Below are positions 48,272-57,328 of a DNA stretch of 64,000 nucleotides, in pieces (position 1 is the first letter of the stretch; each line of letters begins with the position of its first letter). The DNA is taken from contig OY771587.1 in NCBI GenBank assembly GCA_963674825.1, positions 2,080,001 through 2,144,000 on the forward strand, written 5' to 3'. Source of the DNA: Candidatus Cloacimonadales bacterium. GTDB lineage: Bacteria > Cloacimonadota > Cloacimonadia > Cloacimonadales > JAIOQZ01. Under the pieces are notes generated by a model. The model saw only the letters and a list, made by a program, of their open reading frames with translations. It ran no database searches and was not told the DNA's origin. The position numbers and the translations under genes were made by a program.

Positions 48272-48644
48272 GGCAGATTTCCCGCTCGATCAATCGGACG
48301 ATTTCATTAACATTTTCGTTGCTGATAGGGCTTTCGCCTTTCTTAAAGCCCATATCGGAAAGCAGGAAATGGTGTGTGACGGTTACGCCGTGACTCTCCA
48401 GGCATTTCTTGGTACAGTTGACAGGGCATCCGTCGATCGCGATTACGCCCGGAGCCTTTTCCGCAGTATCGACGAAACTCATCAAGTTCGCGCCGATTCC
48501 AGCCAGGCAATGCATTTTGCCTACGCCTTTGAGGTTCAGGTATCTTGCCGCACGGTCTGTAAGTCCGCCAACATCCGCGCCTCCAGAGCATGAGTATATC
48601 AACATTTTCTTTTCATCGTTATTGCAACTGCAAGTGCATCCCAT
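48264..48644 (-). CDS. Putative zinc-binding DGC-domain protein
   Basis: YSCSGGADVG, MHCLAGIG, AIDGCPVNC. Confidence 0.85.
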   Translation of the reverse strand: MGCTCSCNNDEKKMLIYSCSGGADVGGLTDRAARYLNLKGVGKMHCLAGIGANLMSFVDTAEKAPGVIAIDGCPVNCTKKCLESHGVTVTHHFLLSDMGFKKGESPISNENVNEIVRLIEREICHD

Positions 48645-48657
48645 GGTATCTCCTTAT

Positions 48658-49356
48658 TTAAAGAATGATTCGTATAAAGTTATAGAGTCGATAGAGTCCG
48701 TATAGAATCAGGATTGTACCGCTTGCGTACCGGAACCATTTCCCTGTATTCCTGCTTTTACCGAGGAAGGCAAGTCGATCGAAGAATGTACCGAGTAAGA
48801 TAATCACCAGGCAATGACCTAGTCCGAATGAGATGATCAGGCCCCATGCTTTCGGTGGATTGGTGGATACGGCATCCAGAATTATGCCCAGGATCGGTGC
48901 CATAAAGGCGAAGGTGCAGGGTCCCAGCCCGGTACCGAAAAGCAGTCCCGCCAGAAAGATACCGATAAGCCCTCTCTTGCCTGGTTTCATTGTGAAGCCT
49001 GGCATGAGCGGAAAGATGTCGAGCGTTGCCAGCCCGAAATAGAGCAAAACGATTATCAGAAACGCCTCTCCCCATATTCCCAGATTTCCGAGCATCATGC
49101 CCAGCAGGCCAGTGATCAGTCCTACCAGGAGGATCGACAGGAAAATGCCTACCGAAAAGAGGCTGGACATGGCGAGTGTCTTTCCCAGGCCATGCTTCTC
49201 ACGGTTCAGCATGTAGCCAACCATCAACGGGATTCCGGTGAGGTGACAGGGCGAGAAAAGCACGGACACAACGCCCCAAAGGAACGCCGCCCCCAGCAGA
49301 ATGAGACTCTGGTTGGTGTTTGTCAGCTCGGTCAGTCGAGTAAACAGCTCCAGCAT
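48658..49356 (-). CDS. CcdA/DsbD-family thiol-disulfide transporter
   Basis: Six TM helices; FSPCHL and LGPCT motifs. Confidence 0.85.
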   Translation of the reverse strand: MLELFTRLTELTNTNQSLILLGAAFLWGVVSVLFSPCHLTGIPLMVGYMLNREKHGLGKTLAMSSLFSVGIFLSILLVGLITGLLGMMLGNLGIWGEAFLIIVLLYFGLATLDIFPLMPGFTMKPGKRGLIGIFLAGLLFGTGLGPCTFAFMAPILGIILDAVSTNPPKAWGLIISFGLGHCLVIILLGTFFDRLAFLGKSRNTGKWFRYASGTILILYGLYRLYNFIRIIL

Positions 49357-49367
49357 GTGATTTCCTG

Positions 49368-49760
49368 TTATTCTGCGGAAGTTGACTCGGCAATAGGCTG
49401 GACACCATGTTCCGCAAAGAGTGCAATGATGTCTTTCGATGGCAGGAATCCCTCGTGACGGAAAATCTCCTTGCCGCTTTCATCCAGGAAAACCTGCGTT
49501 GGGATGAGGTTGACGTCGTACTGCTCGACGTACTTACGGTGTTCGGCTGTCCAAACATCGTAAATGATCACTTCGACCTGATCGCCGAATTTCGTCTCGA
49601 TTTCTTCCATTACAGGCACCATCTGCTTGCAAGGAATGCAGTTGTGGGATCCGAGCTCGATAAAGGTGATTTTAGGTGCTACTGCCTCCGGCTCCGTGGC
49701 CAGTAAAACAGTACTCAAAGCCAATACAATCAGTACAAGAATCATCTGTTTCATATGCAT
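49368..49760 (-). CDS. Exported thioredoxin-family protein
   Basis: AGGAG RBS before MHMKQ; signal peptide; CIPC motif; 'IPTQVFLD..GKEIFRHEG'. Confidence 0.85.
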   Translation of the reverse strand: MHMKQMILVLIVLALSTVLLATEPEAVAPKITFIELGSHNCIPCKQMVPVMEEIETKFGDQVEVIIYDVWTAEHRKYVEQYDVNLIPTQVFLDESGKEIFRHEGFLPSKDIIALFAEHGVQPIAESTSAE

Positions 49761-49771
49761 AATATCTCCTG

Positions 49772-51073
49772 TCATGAGAAAATCAATCCATAAGCAAATC
49801 CACTGATTGTCGCCATAACGATTACCAGCGACACAAACACGACGGTCTTTTTCGTACCCATCACGCTGCGAATTACCAGCATGTTTGGCAGACTCAGTGC
49901 CGGGCCGGCAAGCAGCAACGCCAGTGCGGGGCCTTTGTCCATACCGTTGCCGATCAGCCCTTGAAGAATGGGAACTTCGGTAAGTGTTGCGAAATACATG
50001 AACGCGCCGGCAAAGGATGCGAAGAAGTTTGCCATGAGGCTGTTTCCGCCAACCGCGCGATCGATCCATTCAGATGGGATCAACCCTTCTTTACCGACTC
50101 TTCCCAGAAGCAAACCCGCGACCAGGACGCCAAAGAGTAGCAACGGAAGGATTTGCTTCGCGAAATCCCAAGTCGATTCCAGCCACTCTTTCTCTTCATC
50201 CTTGCCCTGCATGAGAACAACGGAGAGTCCTATGATTCCAGCCGAGAACGCGAAAACGGGCTGCGACGGCAGGGCAAACGCCAGGATCGCTACCGGAATG
50301 GCTACCAGCAGCAGTTTCCACCATTTGACGTTGAACCACGCGGTGAGGATAACACCCAGTCCAGCGGAAAAGAGCGCTGTAACAAGCCATTTCATCTGGT
50401 AGATCGCGTGCCACACACCGGTGTCGTGCATCGGCTTACCCCAGTTTGCAAAGATCAGGATTCCGACGAGCGACAGGAAATAGAGTCCGTTCTGCCACAG
50501 CGTGCGGCCTTCGCCGTCATCCGGCATAGCAAGCTGAACCTGCTGACGCGCGGTCTCTTCCTTGCGGAAAATAAGCTGCATCATGACGCCGATTACGATA
50601 CTGAACACCACCGCGCCGATCGCCCGTGCGATACCGAGTTCGAGGCCCAGAATCCGGGCCGTCAGGATGATAGCCAGGACATTCACGGCAGGTCCCGCAT
50701 AGAGGAACGCCACCGCGGGACCGAGTCCGGCACCCATACGGTAAATTCCGCTGAACAATGGCAGTACTGTGCAGGAGCACACCGCCAGCACCGATCCCGA
50801 GACCGATGCCACCCCGTAAGCGACCACTTTCTTCGCCTGTCCGCCAAGGTATTTCATTACGGCCGACTGATTGACGAAAACTGCGATCGCACCTGCGATG
50901 AAGAACGCCGGGATCAGGCACAGGAGAACATGCTCGCGTGCATACCAGCGAACCAGGTGAAACGATTCCAGTACCGCGTTCTGAAAGCGCGAAGCGTCCA
51001 CCGGCATGAAATACGCCGCCAGGAAGATCGCCGCGATCAGAAGGAATACCTTCCACTCCTTCGACCAATCCAT
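49772..51073 (-). CDS. ArsP/DUF318-family permease
   Basis: Multi-TM; 'VLAVCSCTVLPLF', 'MYFATLTEVP', 'LAGPALSLP'. Confidence 0.85.
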   Translation of the reverse strand: MDWSKEWKVFLLIAAIFLAAYFMPVDASRFQNAVLESFHLVRWYAREHVLLCLIPAFFIAGAIAVFVNQSAVMKYLGGQAKKVVAYGVASVSGSVLAVCSCTVLPLFSGIYRMGAGLGPAVAFLYAGPAVNVLAIILTARILGLELGIARAIGAVVFSIVIGVMMQLIFRKEETARQQVQLAMPDDGEGRTLWQNGLYFLSLVGILIFANWGKPMHDTGVWHAIYQMKWLVTALFSAGLGVILTAWFNVKWWKLLLVAIPVAILAFALPSQPVFAFSAGIIGLSVVLMQGKDEEKEWLESTWDFAKQILPLLLFGVLVAGLLLGRVGKEGLIPSEWIDRAVGGNSLMANFFASFAGAFMYFATLTEVPILQGLIGNGMDKGPALALLLAGPALSLPNMLVIRSVMGTKKTVVFVSLVIVMATISGFAYGLIFS

Positions 51074-51077
51074 AGTG

Positions 51078-51317
51078 CTACTCCGCTTTTTTGATCAGAT
51101 CGACGATTTTATCGACAGCGAGGGCTTTGCCGATGGAGACGACTTTCTCATTGATAACCAGCGCGGGGATAGTCATCACGCCGTAGGAGACGATTTTATC
51201 CAGGTCGGTCTCTTTGTTGACTTCGATGCCCAGTCCAAGCTGTTCAACCGCCTGGCGCGCGTTCTTCAAGAGGTTTTCGCACTTGACGCAGTTCGATCCT
51301 AAAACCTTGATATCCAT
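51078..51317 (-). CDS. Small redox-active disulfide protein (MTH895/thioredoxin-like)
   Basis: IKVLGSNCVKC...YGVMTIPALVINE. Confidence 0.88.
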   Translation of the reverse strand: MDIKVLGSNCVKCENLLKNARQAVEQLGLGIEVNKETDLDKIVSYGVMTIPALVINEKVVSIGKALAVDKIVDLIKKAE

Positions 51318-51328
51318 TTTAAACTCCT

Positions 51329-51643
51329 TTATAGTATATTGTTGTTTCGCTCAATGTTGCTGCGCAGAATGGACATGGCGGCCTCGAAATACCGGCGCAC
51401 GCAGTCGCACTGAATCCGGTAGTACACACAATTGCCTTCACGCTCGTCGAGCAGCAGCCCACTGGCCTTCATCTGCTGTAAATGGCGCGAGATGGTGCTT
51501 ATATCGTTTGGCAGCATGTCCGCCAGTTCCTTAACGCAATATCGTTCGTTCATCAGCGCTTGCAGGATGAACAGCCGCACGGGATGCGCGGTTGCCCTGA
51601 TTATCGCAGCGAGCTGATCGAACTTGTTTCGTTCGTATTCCAT
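51329..51643 (-). CDS. arsR: ArsR/SmtB family metalloregulator
   Basis: AAGGAG RBS before MEYERN; 'AHPVRLFIL...YCVKELA...STISRHL...REGNCVYY...CDC'. Confidence 0.85.
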   Translation of the reverse strand: MEYERNKFDQLAAIIRATAHPVRLFILQALMNERYCVKELADMLPNDISTISRHLQQMKASGLLLDEREGNCVYYRIQCDCVRRYFEAAMSILRSNIERNNNIL

Positions 51644-51656
51644 AGAATCTCCTTGT

Positions 51657-51692
51657 GTGTTTGCGGTATTTCGCAAACACGAAATATGTCAA
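51657..51692 (-). promoter_or_regulatory. Putative ArsR operator overlapping the promoter
   Basis: Inverted repeat GTGTTTGCG-N6-CGCAAACAC (51657-51680), with TTGACA on the minus strand at 51687-51692. Confidence 0.6.
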
Positions 51693-51850
51693 GGAGTTTT
51701 TTGCTTTCCGTTTTTATTGCTGCGACCACTCGCATGTTGAGCATATCTCATTTATTGTCGAAAAAAGACTTCATGGTTTCAAATAAATTAATTTGACAAT
51801 AATATAATCGTTTTGTACTTTTATGAAAAGTAAGCAAAGGGGGGATTTCA

Positions 51851-52258
51851 ATGGTGGCAGATTTTTCAGCTTGGTACAATGAGGCAAGAATGATGAACTT
51901 CGAAGTTCCTTACGCGAAGAAGTACTATTTGAATGCCGTTGAGGATAAACTGAATAAAATGATTCGGGATGAAGCCAATAAAGAAGAACTTGGCGATTTC
52001 TCAATAACCAACGTCTGGACAGAATTCGTAAAAAGTCGTAAAGTATTCAAAATTGATGGATTCGAAATTGATGACAAGAAAAATAACTACTTCACCAGTA
52101 TAAGCAGTATAATAAAGATGCTTAAGGATGAATCCGATCCCAAGAAGAAGCACATTTATACCGCTTCTGAAGGCACTTTTCTTTCTGCTGAGAACCCCGA
52201 AATACTTCGAGCAATAGCTAAAGGTGCCCAAAAAGCCAGAGAGTGGGCAATATGGTAA
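51851..52258 (+). CDS. Hypothetical protein in an AT-rich segment
   Basis: G-rich RBS; TTGACA at 51793; 135-aa ORF with no recognisable motif. Confidence 0.55.
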   Translation: MVADFSAWYNEARMMNFEVPYAKKYYLNAVEDKLNKMIRDEANKEELGDFSITNVWTEFVKSRKVFKIDGFEIDDKKNNYFTSISSIIKMLKDESDPKKKHIYTASEGTFLSAENPEILRAIAKGAQKAREWAIW

Positions 52259-52388
52259 GATAGCTTATCATTATCTGAGCCACTAATCACAAGCTCTCGC
52301 GCACAATATTCAAACATTGCTCCATTCAACAATTTCCTTGACGCATCGTAATCAAAAACGTTTTTCAAGAAAAAACTGGGAATTGTGA

Positions 52389-53141
52389 ATGGAACAGACG
52401 ATTATCACCTGCATGAACTGCGGAAACCAGTATGAAGGAGACTACTGCCCTTCGTGCGGACAGCCGGCTTCGACCGGGAAATTCACCTGGAAATCCTTGC
52501 TTCTTTCCTTTCTGCATGCGTGGGACTTCGAGAGCGGCTTTCTCTACGTTTTTCGCGAACTCTGGCTCCATCCCCGGCAACTGATACGCGGTTACCTCGA
52601 CGGCAAACGGGTGAATGTATATCCGCCGATCAAGTACATGCTGATATCGATCGCCATCACCACAGCCCTGCACTATTTTTACAAGCCTGAAGACCTCGGC
52701 ATGAGACAAATCATGATCGATGGCGTGGAACACAACATCGACATGTGGACCTCCACAAACCTGTCTATCTTCCACTTCCTTATGTTGCCATTCTATGCAC
52801 TTTCAACGAGGCTTTTCTTCAAAAACTGGAAGCTGACGTTACCCGAACATATCGTGCTGAACATGTTCGCGTTCGGGCAAATGAACTGCCTGGAGTTCCT
52901 TGTATTGGTGATCTTCTACTGGGTGCCTAATATCGTGGTCTACAGCACACTTTTATCGATGGTTATTCCGACCTATCTATACTTCATGATGAGCAAGCCA
53001 AGAACAGCCGGCTCGTTGTTCAAGTCAATCGCTGCCAGCGTTACCGCTATGTTCACGTTCCTGATACTTATCATGATTCTGAGCTTCTTGTACATGGTGC
53101 TATCGCATGGTGGACTCGCTGTCGCACCTACTGCATCCTGA
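52389..53141 (+). CDS. DUF3667-domain membrane protein with N-terminal zinc ribbon
   Basis: CMNCG...YCPSCGQ; 'P..LIRGYLDGKRV..YPP.KY'; TM helices. Confidence 0.8.
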   Translation: MEQTIITCMNCGNQYEGDYCPSCGQPASTGKFTWKSLLLSFLHAWDFESGFLYVFRELWLHPRQLIRGYLDGKRVNVYPPIKYMLISIAITTALHYFYKPEDLGMRQIMIDGVEHNIDMWTSTNLSIFHFLMLPFYALSTRLFFKNWKLTLPEHIVLNMFAFGQMNCLEFLVLVIFYWVPNIVVYSTLLSMVIPTYLYFMMSKPRTAGSLFKSIAASVTAMFTFLILIMILSFLYMVLSHGGLAVAPTAS

Positions 53142-53150
53142 TCGTGGGCG

Positions 53151-53906
53151 TTGAGATTGAATACTGTAATCTGGCTATGGTTTTTTGGAGTCCTGGGCAT
53201 GCAAATCATACCCTGGACAATATCGGGGATTGCCGGGCTATTTCAGCAGATCCCGGAGCAATTACCGCCGGTTGATCTCAAGAAGCGCCGCTTCGCGAGG
53301 TTCTTTCGCGAATTGATGCAGAACCAGGTGTCGATTCTCCTCATCGTACCCGCTGGGGTTCTGCTGCTTAATGGTCAACAGGATTATGGGCTGATCCCAT
53401 CCATGGCTTGCTATTGGTATCCAGTCGCGTTCATGGCTGGCGTGTTGCTGCTTGGCGTGGGTATGGGCACGAGCACCCTGACGACTCGGCTCATGCAGCG
53501 CTACATCCCGGGGCAGCTTGAACACGACTACCGACAATATGTTTTCAACATGCAGGAAATTAGCGCCAAGAATACAATGCAGAGTATCCTTCTGGGTCTT
53601 TGTAACGGCTTTTCCGAAGAGATGATCATGCGGGTGTTCCTGATGGGATTCTTGATCAACTACTTGCATGTTTCGCCGATATGGGCTTTTATCCTATCTG
53701 TTTCGCTCAACGGTCTGCATCACACGCATCAGGGCAGGATCATGGGCGTAGTATCGGTCATCGTGATCCAATCCTTATACGCCGGGGCGTATCTTATCTG
53801 GAACGACTTCCTGTTTATTGGTATCATGCACGTAGGCACGGACATCTCAGGCCTGATTCTCGCGAAGATACTGCAACAGAGGCAAGCCGAATCTACAGAA
53901 GAATAA
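53151..53906 (+). CDS. CPBP (CAAX/Abi) intramembrane metalloprotease
   Basis: EEMIMR, GLHH and IMH...D motifs; TTG start uncertain. Confidence 0.75.
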   Translation: MRLNTVIWLWFFGVLGMQIIPWTISGIAGLFQQIPEQLPPVDLKKRRFARFFRELMQNQVSILLIVPAGVLLLNGQQDYGLIPSMACYWYPVAFMAGVLLLGVGMGTSTLTTRLMQRYIPGQLEHDYRQYVFNMQEISAKNTMQSILLGLCNGFSEEMIMRVFLMGFLINYLHVSPIWAFILSVSLNGLHHTHQGRIMGVVSVIVIQSLYAGAYLIWNDFLFIGIMHVGTDISGLILAKILQQRQAESTEE

Positions 53907-54768
53907 TCATCGTGGCACCGGCGATGAGGATCGCCGTGGCGATTGCCTTGCGAAGTAAAAAATGCTCCCGAAAATACTGACCGCCTATTACCACCGCAAT
54001 AAACACCGAAATACGTTTCAACGCCAGCGTTAGCGCGACGGATCCCGCCTTGATGGACAGAATCTGCGTGTAGCGATAAACGATCGTGAAGATGGAAACG
54101 AGCAGAATCGGTTTCCAGGAACGAATCAGGGTGACGCGAAGCGGAGCGAGGCTTTTATGCGTGATGAGCGTGAGGACCAGGAAGTTGAATCCCAGGAAAA
54201 TATGCTGGAAATAGAGCATCGTATAGGGCTGCAACTTGAAGCCCTTCAGCAACCATTTATCGAGCAGCGAGGTAAGGGTGAAGATAAACAGGGCACCGAG
54301 CAGGAAGCGATGCGCTCTTGATTTGCCCATGCTCAGGAAAGGTTCGAGCAGGTTCTTGCGGTGGCCCATCTGTAGGACGTAGGTTCCCGCGAGTAGCAGC
54401 AGCATGCCGGCTACCTGCAAGCCAGTGAGTGATTCTCCGAGTAGCAGGAAAGCGAAGATGGCGACCAGTCCGGGGGTAAGCACCAGGATTGGTAGTGCGC
54501 CGCTGAGCTCTATGCTTTTTAGTCCCTTCATGATGAACAGAAACGCGGTCATACCGAGGATGGATTTACCGTAGAGTACTGCCAAAGCCGGGTAGGAGAG
54601 ATTAGCGAAATCGATGGAGAAGATGAACGGCGTGCTCAGGACGATGTTGAAAATCGCGAGCGTAGCGGAAAAATCCAACGCCTCCTCTTTCAGGAGCGAT
54701 TTCTTTTCGAAGATCGCGGCTCCAGCGGAAAACACCGCGGAGATCAAAGCAAGTAGCTGCCACTGCAT
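53893..54768 (-). CDS. EamA/DMT family transporter
   Basis: About ten TM helices in two repeats; 'FAFLLLGE.LT', 'LKRISVFIAVVIGG.YFRE'. Confidence 0.85.
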   Translation of the reverse strand: MQWQLLALISAVFSAGAAIFEKKSLLKEEALDFSATLAIFNIVLSTPFIFSIDFANLSYPALAVLYGKSILGMTAFLFIMKGLKSIELSGALPILVLTPGLVAIFAFLLLGESLTGLQVAGMLLLLAGTYVLQMGHRKNLLEPFLSMGKSRAHRFLLGALFIFTLTSLLDKWLLKGFKLQPYTMLYFQHIFLGFNFLVLTLITHKSLAPLRVTLIRSWKPILLVSIFTIVYRYTQILSIKAGSVALTLALKRISVFIAVVIGGQYFREHFLLRKAIATAILIAGATMIILL

Positions 54769-54859
54769 AAGGTTACCTTTCTACTATAAGTTAGGGCAAG
54801 ATATAAAACACCGGAATCCGCAATGTGTGGCAAGGATAATTCTTCTGGGGCGATAGCGG

Positions 54860-54891
54860 AAAAAAAACGCCGGTGATTGCTCGCCGGCGTT
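54860..54891 (-). terminator. Rho-independent terminator
   Basis: AACGCCGGTGA / TCGCCGGCGTT stem with an A-run on the left (U-tract on the minus strand). Confidence 0.7.
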
Positions 54892-54908
54892 ATCATTGTG
54901 CAGGAAGG

Positions 54909-55247
54909 CTATATCGAGGCGTGAATTTTATCCAGCAGGGATTTGCTGTCTGGAACGAATTCGAAGAATTTTTGAATCTTCTCACAACCGTAATCATCAC
55001 AGTACGCGCAGTTCTCCACTTCACGCTCAATGGCGCAGAGTCTGATCTCGCAGACTTTGCAATGGCTGAAGAGGTCACCGGTTGCCAGGCAGCCACGGCA
55101 GTTGATATCTTCCGGTTTGATCTCAGCGCCATAGAGCCTGGACCATTCCTCCGAAACATGTTTTCTCAGTTCGTTATCGTTTGCGAGCGTAGCCTTGTAA
55201 GCTCCGCAATCGGTGCAGATCAAGCCGCATTTTGCAATCATTTCCAT
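54909..55247 (-). CDS. DUF3795-family Cys-rich protein
   Basis: CGLICTDCGAY, CRGC, CKVCEIRLCA, NCAYCDDYGC. Confidence 0.85.
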   Translation of the reverse strand: MEMIAKCGLICTDCGAYKATLANDNELRKHVSEEWSRLYGAEIKPEDINCRGCLATGDLFSHCKVCEIRLCAIEREVENCAYCDDYGCEKIQKFFEFVPDSKSLLDKIHASI

Positions 55248-55259
55248 GGTATGTCTCCG

Positions 55260-56174
55260 TTATCCGTTTATTTCATTGAGGATTCGATTCAGTACGATTC
55301 CTGCTTCACCCGCCATCACCTGGCAGGTTCCCACTCTGGGATGACCGCCACCACCGAACTGAAGTAGCATCGAGCCGACATTGATTGTCGAAGATCGATT
55401 GATGGTACTGTGTCCCACCGAGATCATCACGCGCTGACGATCTCTCGAGTCGATCAACCTGACGGAAATGTTCTGTTCCGGGAAGAGGACGTACTCGATA
55501 AAGCGATTGCCAGTGGGAAGATCGTGCATTCCGCGAAAATCGAGGATGATGGCATCGCCTTCAGTGCGTGCATGTTTGCGCAGGAAGGTTTTGTATTCTT
55601 CGATCTGTTCTTTATAAACATCGATGCGCTCGAGGAAATCGGGAGACCCCATGATCTCTTCGATTGTTTGATGACGCAATCTGGAGGGCAGCGATTTCAT
55701 GAGATCGAAATTACTGATACGGAATGTACGCTGGTAACCGAATCCAGTTCGAGGATCCGCGATAAAAGCCAGCATCATCCAGTCTTTTGGATCAAGGATG
55801 TCTTCGCGGGTATAGTTACCGCCATCGGCTTTATCAACGGCTGTTATCATTTCGCTGAAGCGTTCCAGTTTGTCCCGGTGCTTGGGCATGAAGTAGTCGA
55901 AAATTACGCGTGCGCAGCTTTCTTTGGGTTCGCTAGCGCCGTCGAAATCAAAATCGATTCGCTGGCGTTCGTGCTCGCTCAGGTGATGGTCGAACCACAT
56001 GCCGCAACCCTTGGCGTAGGGAACGTTGGCGAGGATGTCGTTACGTGTTACATCGATTTTTCCATCCTGAATGTCTTTGGGATGCGTGTAAAAAATCTCG
56101 TCGATCAAGCCGAGTTCTTCAAGCAGGGCGGCGCAGGCGAGTCCATCGAAATCGGAACGTGTGATCAGTCTCAT
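55260..56174 (-). CDS. DHH-family phosphoesterase (exopolyphosphatase-like/nanoRNase-like)
   Basis: RLITRSDFDG, HPKDIQDG, FDHH, GGGGH...GTCQ. Confidence 0.85.
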   Translation of the reverse strand: MRLITRSDFDGLACAALLEELGLIDEIFYTHPKDIQDGKIDVTRNDILANVPYAKGCGMWFDHHLSEHERQRIDFDFDGASEPKESCARVIFDYFMPKHRDKLERFSEMITAVDKADGGNYTREDILDPKDWMMLAFIADPRTGFGYQRTFRISNFDLMKSLPSRLRHQTIEEIMGSPDFLERIDVYKEQIEEYKTFLRKHARTEGDAIILDFRGMHDLPTGNRFIEYVLFPEQNISVRLIDSRDRQRVMISVGHSTINRSSTINVGSMLLQFGGGGHPRVGTCQVMAGEAGIVLNRILNEING

Positions 56175-56344
56175 GCTTCCTCCAAACAGATTATTCCATA
56201 GCCTGAATTCTGCTCATCATGGAGGATTCGTCCAGAAAAAAATTATAACGTAATAAAGAAATCCCGTTATGCATCGAAAAAGGTTGATTGACAGAATGTA
56301 ATCCCGAGGGATACTTCGCTTGAAAACAGCCGTGGGAGGAATCA

Positions 56345-57226
56345 ATGATTATCAGAGATAAACGGCAAGCGATCATACTATCGCTGCTTCTATTTGTGCC
56401 GATGCTTTATGCTCAATCGAAAGGTTTTTTCTGGGAAGTGAAATCGAAAACTGCCACAGTCTATCTGTTGGGTTCGATTCACGTGGCAAACGAGGGATTC
56501 TACCCGATGCCGGATAAAATCGAGAACGCGTTCGCGAATTCGGACAGCCTTGTTGTCGAAGCCGATCTGGACAGTGCGAATCAGAGCTTGATCCAGCAGG
56601 AGATGATCACGATGGCGACCTATCCCTATGGCGAGACAATCAAAGATCATATCTCCTATGAGACGCTTGGTTTGCTGAAGGCCCGTTTTGAGGAATACGG
56701 AATGAACCTTGCCGCCATGCAGATTTATAAGCCGTGGATGGTCTCCATGACAATCCAGATGAACGAAATCGCAAAGGCAGGTTTCACCGCCGATCATGGG
56801 ATCGATCAATACTTCATGAACCGGGCACGTCGTGAGGGAAAGGGTATTGTTGAGCTGGAGGGTTTGATCTATCAGCTCAAGCTATTCAATTCATTCTCCG
56901 ATTCCTTGCAGGAGCTCAGCTTAATCGACGCACTCACCAACCAGACGGAGGTTTATAAAGAAATAGACCGAATACTTGATGCTTGGAAAGCCGGTGATGT
57001 CGGTGTTTTGCAGGAGTTCTTCCTCAAAGATATGGACGAGCCGGAGATGAAGCCGCTTTACGAGGCTGTTCTCTATGGTCGCCACCCGGGAATGGTTGAG
57101 AAGCTGGAACGCTTTCTGAAGACCGACAAGACCTATTTCGTGGTCGTGGGTGCAGGTCATATGATCGGAGAACGCGGGTTGGTTCAGATGCTCAAGGATA
57201 AAGGCTACGAAGTCAATCGCAGATAG
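56345..57226 (+). CDS. TraB/GumN family protein
   Basis: Signal peptide; YLLGSIH, GID.YF, VELE, FVVVGAGH. Confidence 0.9.
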   Translation: MIIRDKRQAIILSLLLFVPMLYAQSKGFFWEVKSKTATVYLLGSIHVANEGFYPMPDKIENAFANSDSLVVEADLDSANQSLIQQEMITMATYPYGETIKDHISYETLGLLKARFEEYGMNLAAMQIYKPWMVSMTIQMNEIAKAGFTADHGIDQYFMNRARREGKGIVELEGLIYQLKLFNSFSDSLQELSLIDALTNQTEVYKEIDRILDAWKAGDVGVLQEFFLKDMDEPEMKPLYEAVLYGRHPGMVEKLERFLKTDKTYFVVVGAGHMIGERGLVQMLKDKGYEVNRR

Positions 57227-57271
57227 TTATGCCTGCGATCCAAGAGAAGGTAATCCAACGACATAATTAAA

Positions 57272-57303
57272 GCCGCCCCTCGTTCGAAGGGCGGCAATTT
57301 TTT
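57272..57303. terminator. Terminator between convergent genes
   Basis: GCCGCCC...GGGCGGC stem followed by a T-run. Confidence 0.6.
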
Positions 57304-57328
57304 CAGACTCCCGTCTCCAGGATTCTGA

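Noticed and set aside
12363..50069. Upstream starts given by the ORF track (360, 12363, 25214, 29871, 34328, 47831, 50069, 51676)
   Set aside because: Downstream ATGs have RBSs and/or signal peptides, and several extensions overlap other genes or promoter elements.
53151..53906. CPBP 'Abi' protein as a phage abortive-infection system
   Set aside because: The Abi label for CAAX proteases is a historical misnomer and there is no defence context here.
56345..57226. TraB as evidence of a conjugative element
   Set aside because: TraB/GumN is a widespread Tiki-like protein family; no other transfer genes are nearby.
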